From NCBI GenBank assembly GCA_029974275.1, contig JARKSN010000094.1, positions 1 through 30,214 of the forward strand: 30,214 nt of DNA, in the 5' to 3' direction. The position numbers and the translations under genes were made by a program. The notes below the pieces were generated by a model. That model was not told where the DNA came from and ran no database searches. It saw only the letters and a program-made list of their open reading frames with translations. Origin of the DNA: Candidatus Hydrogenedentota bacterium (GTDB taxonomy: Bacteria > Hydrogenedentota > Hydrogenedentia > Hydrogenedentales > SLHB01). Shown piece after piece: positions 9,001 to 17,029 of this stretch. Each line of letters opens with the position of its first letter. The stretch's first letter is position 1.

Positions 9001-10749
9001 AACAAGCCCATCGAAAACATACGAACCATCCTGAGCGGTGAGCATCACCGGCGCGGCGCGCAGCCCCGCGATCTGCCGGTCGTTGCGATAGGTCTTCAGG
9101 GCGACCAGCCCTCCCGCCAAGCCCCGATTGGGCGTGTAGTCCGTCTTCGAATCCAGCCAGACGACCCGTCCTTCAACGCGGCACATCTTGTTTTCAAGCG
9201 GGGAACTGACGAAAGGCCCCTTCCAGTAGGCGAACGCCAATGCCAGGTTCGCCAAACCCGCATATTCGCCCTCGCGATACCGAATTTGCTGGGCGAGCAT
9301 GTCAAGCCGCATGCGGGACAACGTGTCGTCGGGGGTGTCGACCAAGCGCCGTCCATCGTCGATGGTTCCCAGCGTGACGCCAGGCAACCCGGCCAGTGTG
9401 GGGATTTCACTCTCGAACCCTGTGCGGAACGGAAAATACGTCCACCATGCGCGCCCCATGGTCAAATTGACGCAATCCACAAAGGAAGTTCTCGAATGAA
9501 CCGATACGCTCCCGGGATCGCTCATGTACCCCTTGGCAAAGGCGTCAATCTGCATGGCCAGCGCACTGAACTTGGGACGCAATTGCGTTTCCGCCTGCGC
9601 ACGAAAACCGCCCGCGCAAAACAGCCCTATCCTATCCGAACCGCTCGAAAGGTCCAGCCCGACGAAAAGACCGGGGCGCCCCATGCGGGCCATAAGGGAA
9701 GCGCCATCGGGACCGGTCCAACCGCGCTCGAGTCCATCGGCGAGTGTGCGGACGAAACGGGTCATGCCGGTCATGTGCTGCCCATGGGCTCCCGAAAACA
9801 ACAGATAAATAGGTCTCGGAGGCGGTTGCGGCAGGGCGCGAACATAGCGCGCCAGTTCGAGCAAAACCGCCGCGCCGCAGGCCTGCTCCGCGCCCGGAGC
9901 CAAGGTCGGCGTCACGCTGATAGCGTCGTAATAGGCATGGAATATGATCGGCGTCCGATCCTGGGCGCGCGTTTGGGATGGCGCGGATCCTTGCGTGAGC
10001 TGGGCGAAGAGGTTTCGCGAAGATACCGACTGCCAGTCCATGCGGCACGTGATGGAGACGGTCCGTCCCGTTTGCGCCCGAAGCAAAGGGGCGTCCTCGG
10101 GGCGGACATAGAACCGCGGGATGTTGGCGGGCACGGTGAGGAATTTCTTGCGGGCTTGCGCGCCGCTCGCGATCCGATCGCCGGAGAAAACAATAGCCTT
10201 GCATCCAAACTCCATGACGCCAAGCCAGTTTTCCTCTACGTCCCAGTCCATGAGCAGGATGGAATCCCGAATGGGCTGTCCGGCAATCCGCTCTTCCGAG
10301 GCGGACCCGACATCAAGCAACACGCCGGAAACCCCATCCGGCGCGGTCTGGCTGGTGCGGGCTAAATTGGGCCAAAGGGGGTGCAGTTCCAAGCGAAGAC
10401 CCGCGTCGGACGTGAGCGACGCTTCCTCGACCACGGGGACGGCAACCTCGAAAGTCTGCTCCTCGATGGCATCGACGCCAAGGCCTCGCAATTGTCCAGC
10501 GAGATATTCCGCCGCATGGCGGGCCCCCGGCGATCCCGATATCCGCGAAGGCGCGGACGCCAAGGCCTTGATATGGCCCTCGATCTGGGCGAGATCAAGG
10601 TCTTTGCTCTGATCGAATTCCTGCGTCACCACCTCGAAGGGCCGGGGAGAGCCCATCCATGCCGCCGTGAACACGGTCAATGCAATCACGGCTATGCTGG
10701 CGGCGAACCAACGCATCTTCGAGACAATTCCTCCCTTGGACGCGGTCAT
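6085..10749 (-). CDS. ~1550-aa fusion: N-terminal anchor, M28-peptidase-like (with PA-like insert) extracytoplasmic region, extra TM helices, MacB/FtsX permease, C-terminal soluble domain
   Basis: Start reassigned to ATG 10749 (ATGA overlap with the upstream stop; alternative ATG 10716). M28-fold segments SRISGSPGARHAAEYL, FHAYYD, APGAEQACGAAVLLELAR, RPIYLLFSGAH. MacB segments NIRRRPQRAFLTGLTIVLV and SVYERQREIFVYNSVGLSP..FLAES. Confidence 0.82.
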   Translation of the reverse strand: MTASKGGIVSKMRWFAASIAVIALTVFTAAWMGSPRPFEVVTQEFDQSKDLDLAQIEGHIKALASAPSRISGSPGARHAAEYLAGQLRGLGVDAIEEQTFEVAVPVVEEASLTSDAGLRLELHPLWPNLARTSQTAPDGVSGVLLDVGSASEERIAGQPIRDSILLMDWDVEENWLGVMEFGCKAIVFSGDRIASGAQARKKFLTVPANIPRFYVRPEDAPLLRAQTGRTVSITCRMDWQSVSSRNLFAQLTQGSAPSQTRAQDRTPIIFHAYYDAISVTPTLAPGAEQACGAAVLLELARYVRALPQPPPRPIYLLFSGAHGQHMTGMTRFVRTLADGLERGWTGPDGASLMARMGRPGLFVGLDLSSGSDRIGLFCAGGFRAQAETQLRPKFSALAMQIDAFAKGYMSDPGSVSVHSRTSFVDCVNLTMGRAWWTYFPFRTGFESEIPTLAGLPGVTLGTIDDGRRLVDTPDDTLSRMRLDMLAQQIRYREGEYAGLANLALAFAYWKGPFVSSPLENKMCRVEGRVVWLDSKTDYTPNRGLAGGLVALKTYRNDRQIAGLRAAPVMLTAQDGSYVFDGLVDVTSGLGFSRVVLDAFGAATRRFLEQNPDAIAEYRAVMSKLGNEPAETSEDGAILFAIDQARPQEQPFRANIAGPVQYLSPVVFPCKPITLYGLTEPRGFLGLQDVEILDVATNSAPFQFGVSYSDDVKDDIEENCITLWTDPTLRVRLTLGLGAKEKRLLLINNSPEDPIGKGYKLQEIETIPSWTLDSTRGMWHLDEERLQQFARHGVRNARVESLHREASGYLEVAESALESRDYAAYRQASERCWALETGAYGELLSMANNMIRGVLFYLLLLLPFSYCLERLVLNAGTISGRIWGMTGIFVASFVLLAIIHPAFRFTLTPMLVLIAFIILSLAVSVSALVLSKFDRMLIDRKQATLGAHEDIQALGNVAMRSLDLGIANIRRRPQRAFLTGLTIVLVTFTLLSFTSIVPETGISRLRHRQGEPVYKGLLSRDRTWAPLPAPLYESLQRAYGKPGMDSVVAGRAWHYSDAAGMLSKIDLTLAPADSAKPGEAPPLFVAEALVGMEPSEARISGVAQTLVAGRWFEESDESGVILPGHVATSLGLGEKDLGRPMRLFGRDMPLIGIVDEKKFDALRDIDGEPLTPVNFAQQQFLDAQQAGEQTVPTIREYVHWPVNRVAIVPFKTIRSLGLTLRSVAVRTGTDLDPDVEAVAYVRRSNLTLLACDGRDVTLYASLNRNRLSGAGQTIVPLLLGFMMVLGAMLGSVYERQREIFVYNSVGLSPTHVASLFLAESAVYATLGAAAGYLLGNGLSKLLQITGVLSHIGLNYSAGSTVFVTVLTMGIVLASAIYPARLAFQAALPSRRKVFEGFESDDSAGTDRIAFYLPFVSAPTTVFAMQAYVHEFLESVQGASVGQLSVDDLRVSADGCAGRAAPALHFRAWLAPFDLGISHDAELRIVFREDRGVYQCHLTATRNSGDQQNWRRLLPRFLLSLRKQLLLWRILAPEEQLKYRQRALALFGRADPEEAS

Positions 10750-12698
10750 CCCCAAAAATGATAGACCGGCGTGTTGGCGATGGATCCGAAAATCATCAGC
10801 AAACTTCCCACCGTGAATTCCCCCATCACAAGCCCCACGAAAAACGGCAACGCCTCGCGATACAGTTGGGCGCCGCCGTACCGCGCAATCAACGCCTTGG
10901 CGGCCCACCCGAGAAAAATCGGAAACCACAGCTTTTCCATCGACCATGTCGTGGCAGTGGCATATCCGACCGGGTGCCACAACCACCACGTGAAACGCAT
11001 CCGCAACGCTCCGAGCAAAAGGGAAAAAAGCAGACCGAACAGCGTGGCGAGACTTGCGCCCACGCGCGGCTTCTGGGGAAATGTGACGAGCGACGCCATC
11101 CTGTTCCACGCTTCGCTGGAAAACGCGTCGCCCGCAAGACGCCCGCTGTAGCCATGAACGTACAAGGCATGGAGCACGGCCCAGAAGGCCGCTAGCGCCC
11201 CCGCCACAATCGCGATGACGATGGCCGTCATCATCGACTTCGAGGCGATGCGGCCCACCTGAGCAAGTTTGAACGCCTCCAAGCTGTGGGCGGAAAAATG
11301 GGCGCGATAGGCCCGGTTGAACCAGAAAAGGGACGTGAACGCGGCCAAGTTTTCCTTGCCGAGCGGGGTGGCGCCCAGTGCGTTCATGATGAGAACATCG
11401 GGGCCCATGTGATGCAAATCATGGGCGGGAGGCCCCAATTCCGCACGCATGCGCGCAATCGCCAACGCATACAGGAAGAAGATGGCGAAAAACACCACCA
11501 TTATCTGCCACGAACCGCCGAGCAGCGTCCCTTGGGCGATCAACACGCCCCAGCAGATCAGGAACACAAGGCACAGCGTACGATAGCGCAACGGCTCCTG
11601 CGAATCGTCGGCCCCGTTTGGACGTCCGAGGACCGTCCGAAACACGCCTCGCAAGTGGCGCCGCGACACCCAGATGGCCAGCAGGCCTATCGCGATGTAT
11701 CCCCCGGCCGATTGTTCGCCCAGGAAGGGAACCCCGGGGAGGTCCGTCATGCCCAATAACGACGCAAGCACCAATTGCAGGCGGAAGAAGAGATAAAAAA
11801 ACCAGCAGCTGAAGGCCAGATCGGTAGGCATGAAAAAAGTCAGGCCGATGACGAACGGATAGAGATTGATTTCCGTGCCGGCGATGGCGTTCCACGGCCT
11901 TTCAAGAAGATACTCGTGGAACGTGAACGCCTTCACGATAGGGATCGTGGGAACATGCGGGTAAAAAAAGGAGATTCCGTTCAACAGATCAATGCCGCTG
12001 CCGATCCCGAAAGCAATCCAAAACAAGCGGTTTTTCAGCAGCGTTTCGAGCCCCGTCGCCAAAAGCATGGGAATCTGGATCACGGGGAAGCTCAGTTTCT
12101 CGCGCTCGGTCCATGGATGCCGGAAAAACAGATTCAGGCAGAGAAGCGATCCCATGAGCGCCATCAGAAATAGAAACCAGAACAGGAGCGGCGCGGCCCA
12201 TGCCGCCAACACATCCCACCGGTATAGCGAGGCGTTTCCAGTCGCCAAGCCGCTCATGGCGTCTGGATTGGTTGACAAATATGACCAGCCCGGCACGTAT
12301 TGCAGCAGAAGAGAGTCCCAGTTGTTCTGCGGGTTGGCGAAATATTTCGGAAATCCCAGCATGGGAATCAACACTTGAAGCAGATCGTGACTGCAAAATG
12401 TCCCCGCGATGGCCAGCATGGCGTATATGGTCATGATCTCGGCGGGGCTCAAGGCGGAGCGGGGCCAGCGGCGTTTGACGAAAAGATTCACGAGACAAAT
12501 CAAAAACACGACCGAGGTGACGTGAAAAAAGAGCGAAATCGCCGTTGAGTGGCCTGAGTACCAGATGAGTTCGGACTGGACAACCCACAACGCCAAAACG
12601 GGCATGAGCGCGCAGGCTATCGCCATGGAGCGAGGAGTCGCAAACACGCCGGCAGGCTTTTCTGGCAAGACGGCGTCTTGGCTGGCCCTAGGAATCAT
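10746..12698 (-). CDS. DUF6785/DUF6784-like polytopic membrane protein (OPT-fold related putative transporter), 650 aa
   Basis: Highly hydrophobic. LSPAEIMTIY, WTEREKLSFPVIQIP, ARMRAELG, HPVGY..W...W, PFFVGLVMGE match my recollection of this family; no search was run. Confidence 0.72.
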   Translation of the reverse strand: MIPRASQDAVLPEKPAGVFATPRSMAIACALMPVLALWVVQSELIWYSGHSTAISLFFHVTSVVFLICLVNLFVKRRWPRSALSPAEIMTIYAMLAIAGTFCSHDLLQVLIPMLGFPKYFANPQNNWDSLLLQYVPGWSYLSTNPDAMSGLATGNASLYRWDVLAAWAAPLLFWFLFLMALMGSLLCLNLFFRHPWTEREKLSFPVIQIPMLLATGLETLLKNRLFWIAFGIGSGIDLLNGISFFYPHVPTIPIVKAFTFHEYLLERPWNAIAGTEINLYPFVIGLTFFMPTDLAFSCWFFYLFFRLQLVLASLLGMTDLPGVPFLGEQSAGGYIAIGLLAIWVSRRHLRGVFRTVLGRPNGADDSQEPLRYRTLCLVFLICWGVLIAQGTLLGGSWQIMVVFFAIFFLYALAIARMRAELGPPAHDLHHMGPDVLIMNALGATPLGKENLAAFTSLFWFNRAYRAHFSAHSLEAFKLAQVGRIASKSMMTAIVIAIVAGALAAFWAVLHALYVHGYSGRLAGDAFSSEAWNRMASLVTFPQKPRVGASLATLFGLLFSLLLGALRMRFTWWLWHPVGYATATTWSMEKLWFPIFLGWAAKALIARYGGAQLYREALPFFVGLVMGEFTVGSLLMIFGSIANTPVYHFWG

Positions 12699-14151
12699 GC
12701 GCGGCCTTTCCGGAACGTCGTTGTTCCTTGCGCGTCATGCCCGGAGCGTCACGCCGGTCTTGCCATTCACGCAGCAATGCCCGAAAACCATCAAGGGCGT
12801 TGGGATCCGTCTTGAAGCCCCCCTGATTCCAGTTGTATACCCCAATAAAACGGCAATCGAGATAACCGAGCGTTTTCTCGAAGTGCTCTTTCCACTCTTG
12901 CGCCGTAGACGCGCCCCACCACCATTCCGCCGCGGCCCATGTCCGTGTCCTGCGCCGGGCGAGGGTCTCGCGCAATTCCTCCACGGCGGCGGGATCGCCC
13001 CAATAAAAGCTCCAGCCGGGAATGGAATAGCGGTTGAACGCCGGCCAGAAAGGCAAATGTTCTTCGTAGGGAGGACAATTGCCCCCTTGGTGAGTGAATA
13101 TCTTGTCGCGCGGCATGCCAGCCCGATAGGCGACACGCGCCAAGGTCTGCAAATAACGCTGCGTCGCCAAACCGATATCGTCGCGCGTCAGCGCGCCGCT
13201 GCGCCGTATGCCCGCCGACATTGCTGCGGCATGCCCCAAACCGCCGCACAAGCCAACGCCAAAGTCCACGCCAAGCCGCGGATCGTGCGAGGGATCATCC
13301 GGCCATTTTTCGGCGAATTCGTTGCCGTTGGGGAAATATTGAGCGTTATAGCCGATGCCAGCCTCCCAGCCGACCTTGATGCCGCCGCATAACCACTTCT
13401 TTTCCCTGGGGAGCGCCCGATGCCACGCAGCGACTTGGGCGGCGAGCGGCTTCAAGGCTTGTACATGTTCCGAAACGACCCGAGGGCTGGCGATGTTGGG
13501 GGCGGGCGCGACGCGCACCTGCGATCCCCAGTTGCGCCATCCGATCTTGACGGCATGCTGCGGCCCCCAGTCTGTCCACTCTACATTCCACGCATTTTTC
13601 GGATCGTAGCCGGGTTTGGCCGGGTCCCACCAGTTCCACAAATCGGGTCGTGACTCCCACCAATTCTGACCATCGAACACAAGCAAAAGAGGAACGCTCG
13701 TGTCTTCTGCCAAGGCGCACAAGCGCGCAACCGTGGCCTGGAGCGTTTCTAGGGGAGACAATAAGGTGTTGATGTGGAAAAGAAGGCCGACTCGGAGCGA
13801 AGGAGCATCGGGGATTTGCAGCGTTTCCCGAACGTCGAGAAACAATGCAGGGGTCAGGCTCTGGGGATCGTCCTGACTCCAGCCGCTGTATGGCGCTATG
13901 GAGAAGAACACGTATTGCGGCGTTTCCGTCGTCTTGAGGGGAGCGGCGACCGCCGCGGCGGAGGCGTATGCAACCAGGCATGCAAGGCACAGGAAGACTT
14001 GGAGAAAAAGCTTTGGCGACGGCCTGAAGGCAATTCCGGAAACGCTTCGAAGGTCTTTCCATGGGCGCGGCCGTCTATCGAGAACCTGATGCCCGGCGCG
14101 CCAACAAGAACGGAAAATCGCGCACGTGACCGGTTTGGCCATGCTTGTCAT
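12688..14151 (-). CDS. Secreted hypothetical protein, probable TIM-barrel glycoside-hydrolase-like
   Basis: Long ORF whose stop overlaps the next gene; signal-like KLFLQVFLCLACLVAYASAAA; Trp-rich (WWESRPDLWNWWDP, NVEWTDW, GWRNWG); candidate catalytic Glu in IKVGWE and WAAAEW. Start uncertain (14151 has a G-rich RBS; the true start may be further downstream). Confidence 0.55.
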   Translation of the reverse strand: MTSMAKPVTCAIFRSCWRAGHQVLDRRPRPWKDLRSVSGIAFRPSPKLFLQVFLCLACLVAYASAAAVAAPLKTTETPQYVFFSIAPYSGWSQDDPQSLTPALFLDVRETLQIPDAPSLRVGLLFHINTLLSPLETLQATVARLCALAEDTSVPLLLVFDGQNWWESRPDLWNWWDPAKPGYDPKNAWNVEWTDWGPQHAVKIGWRNWGSQVRVAPAPNIASPRVVSEHVQALKPLAAQVAAWHRALPREKKWLCGGIKVGWEAGIGYNAQYFPNGNEFAEKWPDDPSHDPRLGVDFGVGLCGGLGHAAAMSAGIRRSGALTRDDIGLATQRYLQTLARVAYRAGMPRDKIFTHQGGNCPPYEEHLPFWPAFNRYSIPGWSFYWGDPAAVEELRETLARRRTRTWAAAEWWWGASTAQEWKEHFEKTLGYLDCRFIGVYNWNQGGFKTDPNALDGFRALLREWQDRRDAPGMTRKEQRRSGKAAHDS

Positions 14152-14318
14152 GTTTCCCCCCCTGATGAAGCCGCGAACAGAGACAGAGCCACCTCGCGGC
14201 AGGGATGCGTCTGCATGAAGATATTTCAACGGACGATCAGACGCCGCGACCCGTATTAAACATCGCCTTCCCCGTTGCCCTCATGGTAATGATCCATACC
14301 CCCGTCGTCAATCCAGGT

Positions 14319-15116
14319 TCAACGCGTCCTCGCAAACACGAGCGCCGCGAAAAAACACGCCGCCTGCACAAGCACCATGGCCGGACCTGTCGGCATATCC
14401 CGGACATAGGAGAAAAAAAGACCCGCAACAGCGCCCCCAACGCCCAGGAACACGCTGCATACCGTCATGGCGGCAAAGGAACGCGTAAGAAGACGGGCGG
14501 TCGCGGCGGGAATCACCATGAACGCCGCCACGAGCACGATGCCGACGACTTTAACGGCCGCCACGACGGCAATGGCGATGCATATCGACAGCGCATAGTC
14601 GAGGAGCGCGACGCGCAGACGGTCTGCCTGCGCCAATTCGCGATCAAAGGTGGCGTAGGCCCACAACCCCCACAACGGCCACGTAAACAACGATAACACG
14701 ACGACCCCGCCCGTCATCCAAAGATCGGCTTGGCTGACGGACAGGATGGAGCCGAATAGATAGGAAAACGCATCGCCGGCATAGGTGCGCTTCATGGAAA
14801 GAAAGAGGATGCCAAGCGACATGGAAACGGCGAAAAATATGCCAATGGCGGAATCGCCCCGCACCTGGCCCCGGTGTTGCACCCACACAATGCCTCCAGC
14901 GGCGAGCACGGTCCAAGGCAGGGCGAGATACAGGGGGTTGGCCCCAAGCAGGATGCCGAGGGCGATTCCCCCAAACGCGGCATGGGCAAGGCCTTCGCCC
15001 ATGAACGCCAAGCCCCGCTGGGTGACGAACACCCCGTAGTAGCTCGCCAGAAACCCCACGAGCGCGCCCGCAATAAGCGCCCGCTGCATGAAGGGAAGGG
15101 TCATGGCCTCAAGCAT
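14319..15116 (-). CDS. znuB: Zn/Mn ABC transporter permease (ABC-3 family)
   Basis: Start ATG 15116 (MLEAMTLPFMQRALIAG); GLAFMGEGLAHAAFGG, YLFGSIL, KVVGIVLV..IPAATA. Confidence 0.88.
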   Translation of the reverse strand: MLEAMTLPFMQRALIAGALVGFLASYYGVFVTQRGLAFMGEGLAHAAFGGIALGILLGANPLYLALPWTVLAAGGIVWVQHRGQVRGDSAIGIFFAVSMSLGILFLSMKRTYAGDAFSYLFGSILSVSQADLWMTGGVVVLSLFTWPLWGLWAYATFDRELAQADRLRVALLDYALSICIAIAVVAAVKVVGIVLVAAFMVIPAATARLLTRSFAAMTVCSVFLGVGGAVAGLFFSYVRDMPTGPAMVLVQAACFFAALVFARTR

Positions 15117-15861
15117 GGGTATCCGCTCCCAAACGCCGGTGCCCCGGCAAGTCGTGACCATACGCCTCCCCCAGTTCGGCTTTGCGCAGGACGCTTTCCG
15201 GGGGGCCAAAGGCAATCAGCCTGCGGTGCAGCAGCAAGACATGGCTGGCATGATAGCGCGCGCCTTCCCAGTCATGCGTGACCATCAGCACGGTGGCGCC
15301 GGTCTGTTCGGGATGGGCCTCGAGAATGTGGTACATGTCCGCCTCGGCCGTGGCGTCCATTCCCGAAGCCGGCTCATCGAGTAAAATCAACTGCGGCTTG
15401 CGAACCAGGCATCGCGCCAGGTATACGCGCTGCAATTCGCCCCCGGAAAGCTGGGCAAGGGTGCGGTTCGTCAGATGTCCCGCGCCAACCAAATCGAGGG
15501 CCTCGCGGGCTTGGTCCCTCTCTTCCCCGCTGGGACGCCACGGCCATCGGCGCCGTAGCCCCGACACCACGAGATCAAGCGCGCGCGCGGGAAACGATGT
15601 GTCGAGCGTCTTGATCTGCGGCACATACCCGATGCGCATGGGGCTGATCTTTTCCGGAGCCTCTCCAAAAAGGCGCACGATCCCGCGCGAGGCCGGCACA
15701 AGCCCCAGCAAGGCCCGCAGCAGTGTGGATTTTCCGGCGCCGTTCGGCCCGATCACCGCCGTAAACGAGGCCTCCGGCACAACGACCGTGACGCCGTCGA
15801 GCGCGAGACGGTCGCGCATGCGGACAGATAGGCTGCGGGTTTCAATCGCCGGCGCGTTCAC
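15109..15861 (-). CDS. znuC: Zn/Mn ABC transporter ATP-binding protein
   Basis: GPNGAGKST, IGYVPQ, LSGGELQR, LLDEP, VTHD; GTGA overlap with the binding-protein gene. Confidence 0.9.
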   Translation of the reverse strand: MNAPAIETRSLSVRMRDRLALDGVTVVVPEASFTAVIGPNGAGKSTLLRALLGLVPASRGIVRLFGEAPEKISPMRIGYVPQIKTLDTSFPARALDLVVSGLRRRWPWRPSGEERDQAREALDLVGAGHLTNRTLAQLSGGELQRVYLARCLVRKPQLILLDEPASGMDATAEADMYHILEAHPEQTGATVLMVTHDWEGARYHASHVLLLHRRLIAFGPPESVLRKAELGEAYGHDLPGHRRLGADTHA

Positions 15862-16748
15862 TTCAACAAATCGCTCAATTGCCGGGCGTTGTGAAGAATA
15901 AGGTCGGAATATGTTTGCCGCCCCCCTGAACCGCCTTCAACGTCGATCTCGCCCAAGGCGACGCCCGCCGCCTCGGCAACAACCTGCGCCGGACGTTTCG
16001 GCAGCGTCGGCTCGGTGAACACGGCCTTGGCGCCGGTTTTGCGCACCGTTTTCACCACCGATTCGATATACCGCGGGGTGGGCTCCTTGCCGGGGGAAGG
16101 CTCTATGCTGCCCGCATGCACAAGGCCATAGCGCTTCAAAAAATACCCCATCGACGGATGAAACGAAACCACGGAAGCCCCCTTGATCGGCGCGACAATC
16201 TCCGCCGCTTCCCGGTCAAGCCGATCGAGATCAGATGCAAACCGGGCGGCATTCGCCACATATTCCGGTTTCCCCTCCGGATCAACGCCGCCCAACCATT
16301 CGACCAGCGCCGGCAACAACGCTTTTACGCAAACCGGGTCCATCCAAAAATGAGGATCGAACGAACGCGCCCCGCACTCTTCCGCCGCGTCGTCATGCCC
16401 CTGCTCGTGATCATGATCGAGGACGGGCGGCGCGAGCCGCAACGCCGCGGGCAGCGCATCCATCAACACAAACGTCTTCTTCGCGGGAAATTTCGCCGCC
16501 CATCCATCGAGTTCCGGCGACACCATCACCAAGGCCGCCGCCGACTCGACGGCGACCATGTCGGACGGTCGCGGCGAATACGTGTGCGGCGACGCGCCCG
16601 GGGCGATAAGCCGCGTCACCTCAGCGCGCGTTCCCGTCACCTCGCGCACAATCGCCGCCGCCGGATGTATCGTCGCCACATACGACGGCTTGTCCGCCGC
16701 CGCGCCCGCCAACGGCGCAAGCAGAAAAAACGCCATCCATCGCATCAT
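15858..16748 (-). CDS. znuA: Zn/Mn ABC transporter substrate-binding protein (cluster A-I)
   Basis: Signal peptide; GASPHTYSP, His/acidic loop DHDHEQGHDD (typical of Zn binders), DPHFW, HPSMGY, EPTP. Start is ATG 16748 or 16760. Confidence 0.88.
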   Translation of the reverse strand: MMRWMAFFLLAPLAGAAADKPSYVATIHPAAAIVREVTGTRAEVTRLIAPGASPHTYSPRPSDMVAVESAAALVMVSPELDGWAAKFPAKKTFVLMDALPAALRLAPPVLDHDHEQGHDDAAEECGARSFDPHFWMDPVCVKALLPALVEWLGGVDPEGKPEYVANAARFASDLDRLDREAAEIVAPIKGASVVSFHPSMGYFLKRYGLVHAGSIEPSPGKEPTPRYIESVVKTVRKTGAKAVFTEPTLPKRPAQVVAEAAGVALGEIDVEGGSGGRQTYSDLILHNARQLSDLLK

Positions 16749-16925
16749 GATGCCATCCATCTCCTGTTTTCTGCCGCGGCCTGCGCACCTGTGCGCACTT
16801 ATTCGTCGTCAGCATAGCATTTTTGCGGGAAGGTCCGCGACAGACCAAACTCCTCTCGGGAATCCGCGCGGCAGCATCGAAACGCCCATCCGCGCATAGG
16901 TCATCCCCGCCGCCCGATTCGAGGC

Positions 16926-16956
16926 TTGTCTTGACCCTCGGAAGGTGTGCTAGAAT
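16926..16956 (+). promoter_or_regulatory. Possible extended -10 promoter for motAB
   Basis: TGC-TAGAAT at 16948-16956 (TGnTAnAAT); the upstream TTGACC and TTGTCT boxes are at non-ideal spacing (14 and 19 nt). Confidence 0.35.
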
Positions 16957-17029
16957 GCCCCGCGTCGGCGGAGTCGTATTCCGTGCCCGGCCAAGCGAGT
17001 GCATCCATCACCGGGGGGGCGGTATAGCA

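Noticed and set aside
7378..10365. Plus-strand ORFs of 502 and 359 aa
   Set aside because: Antisense to the M28/FtsX fusion, with no protein-like motifs.
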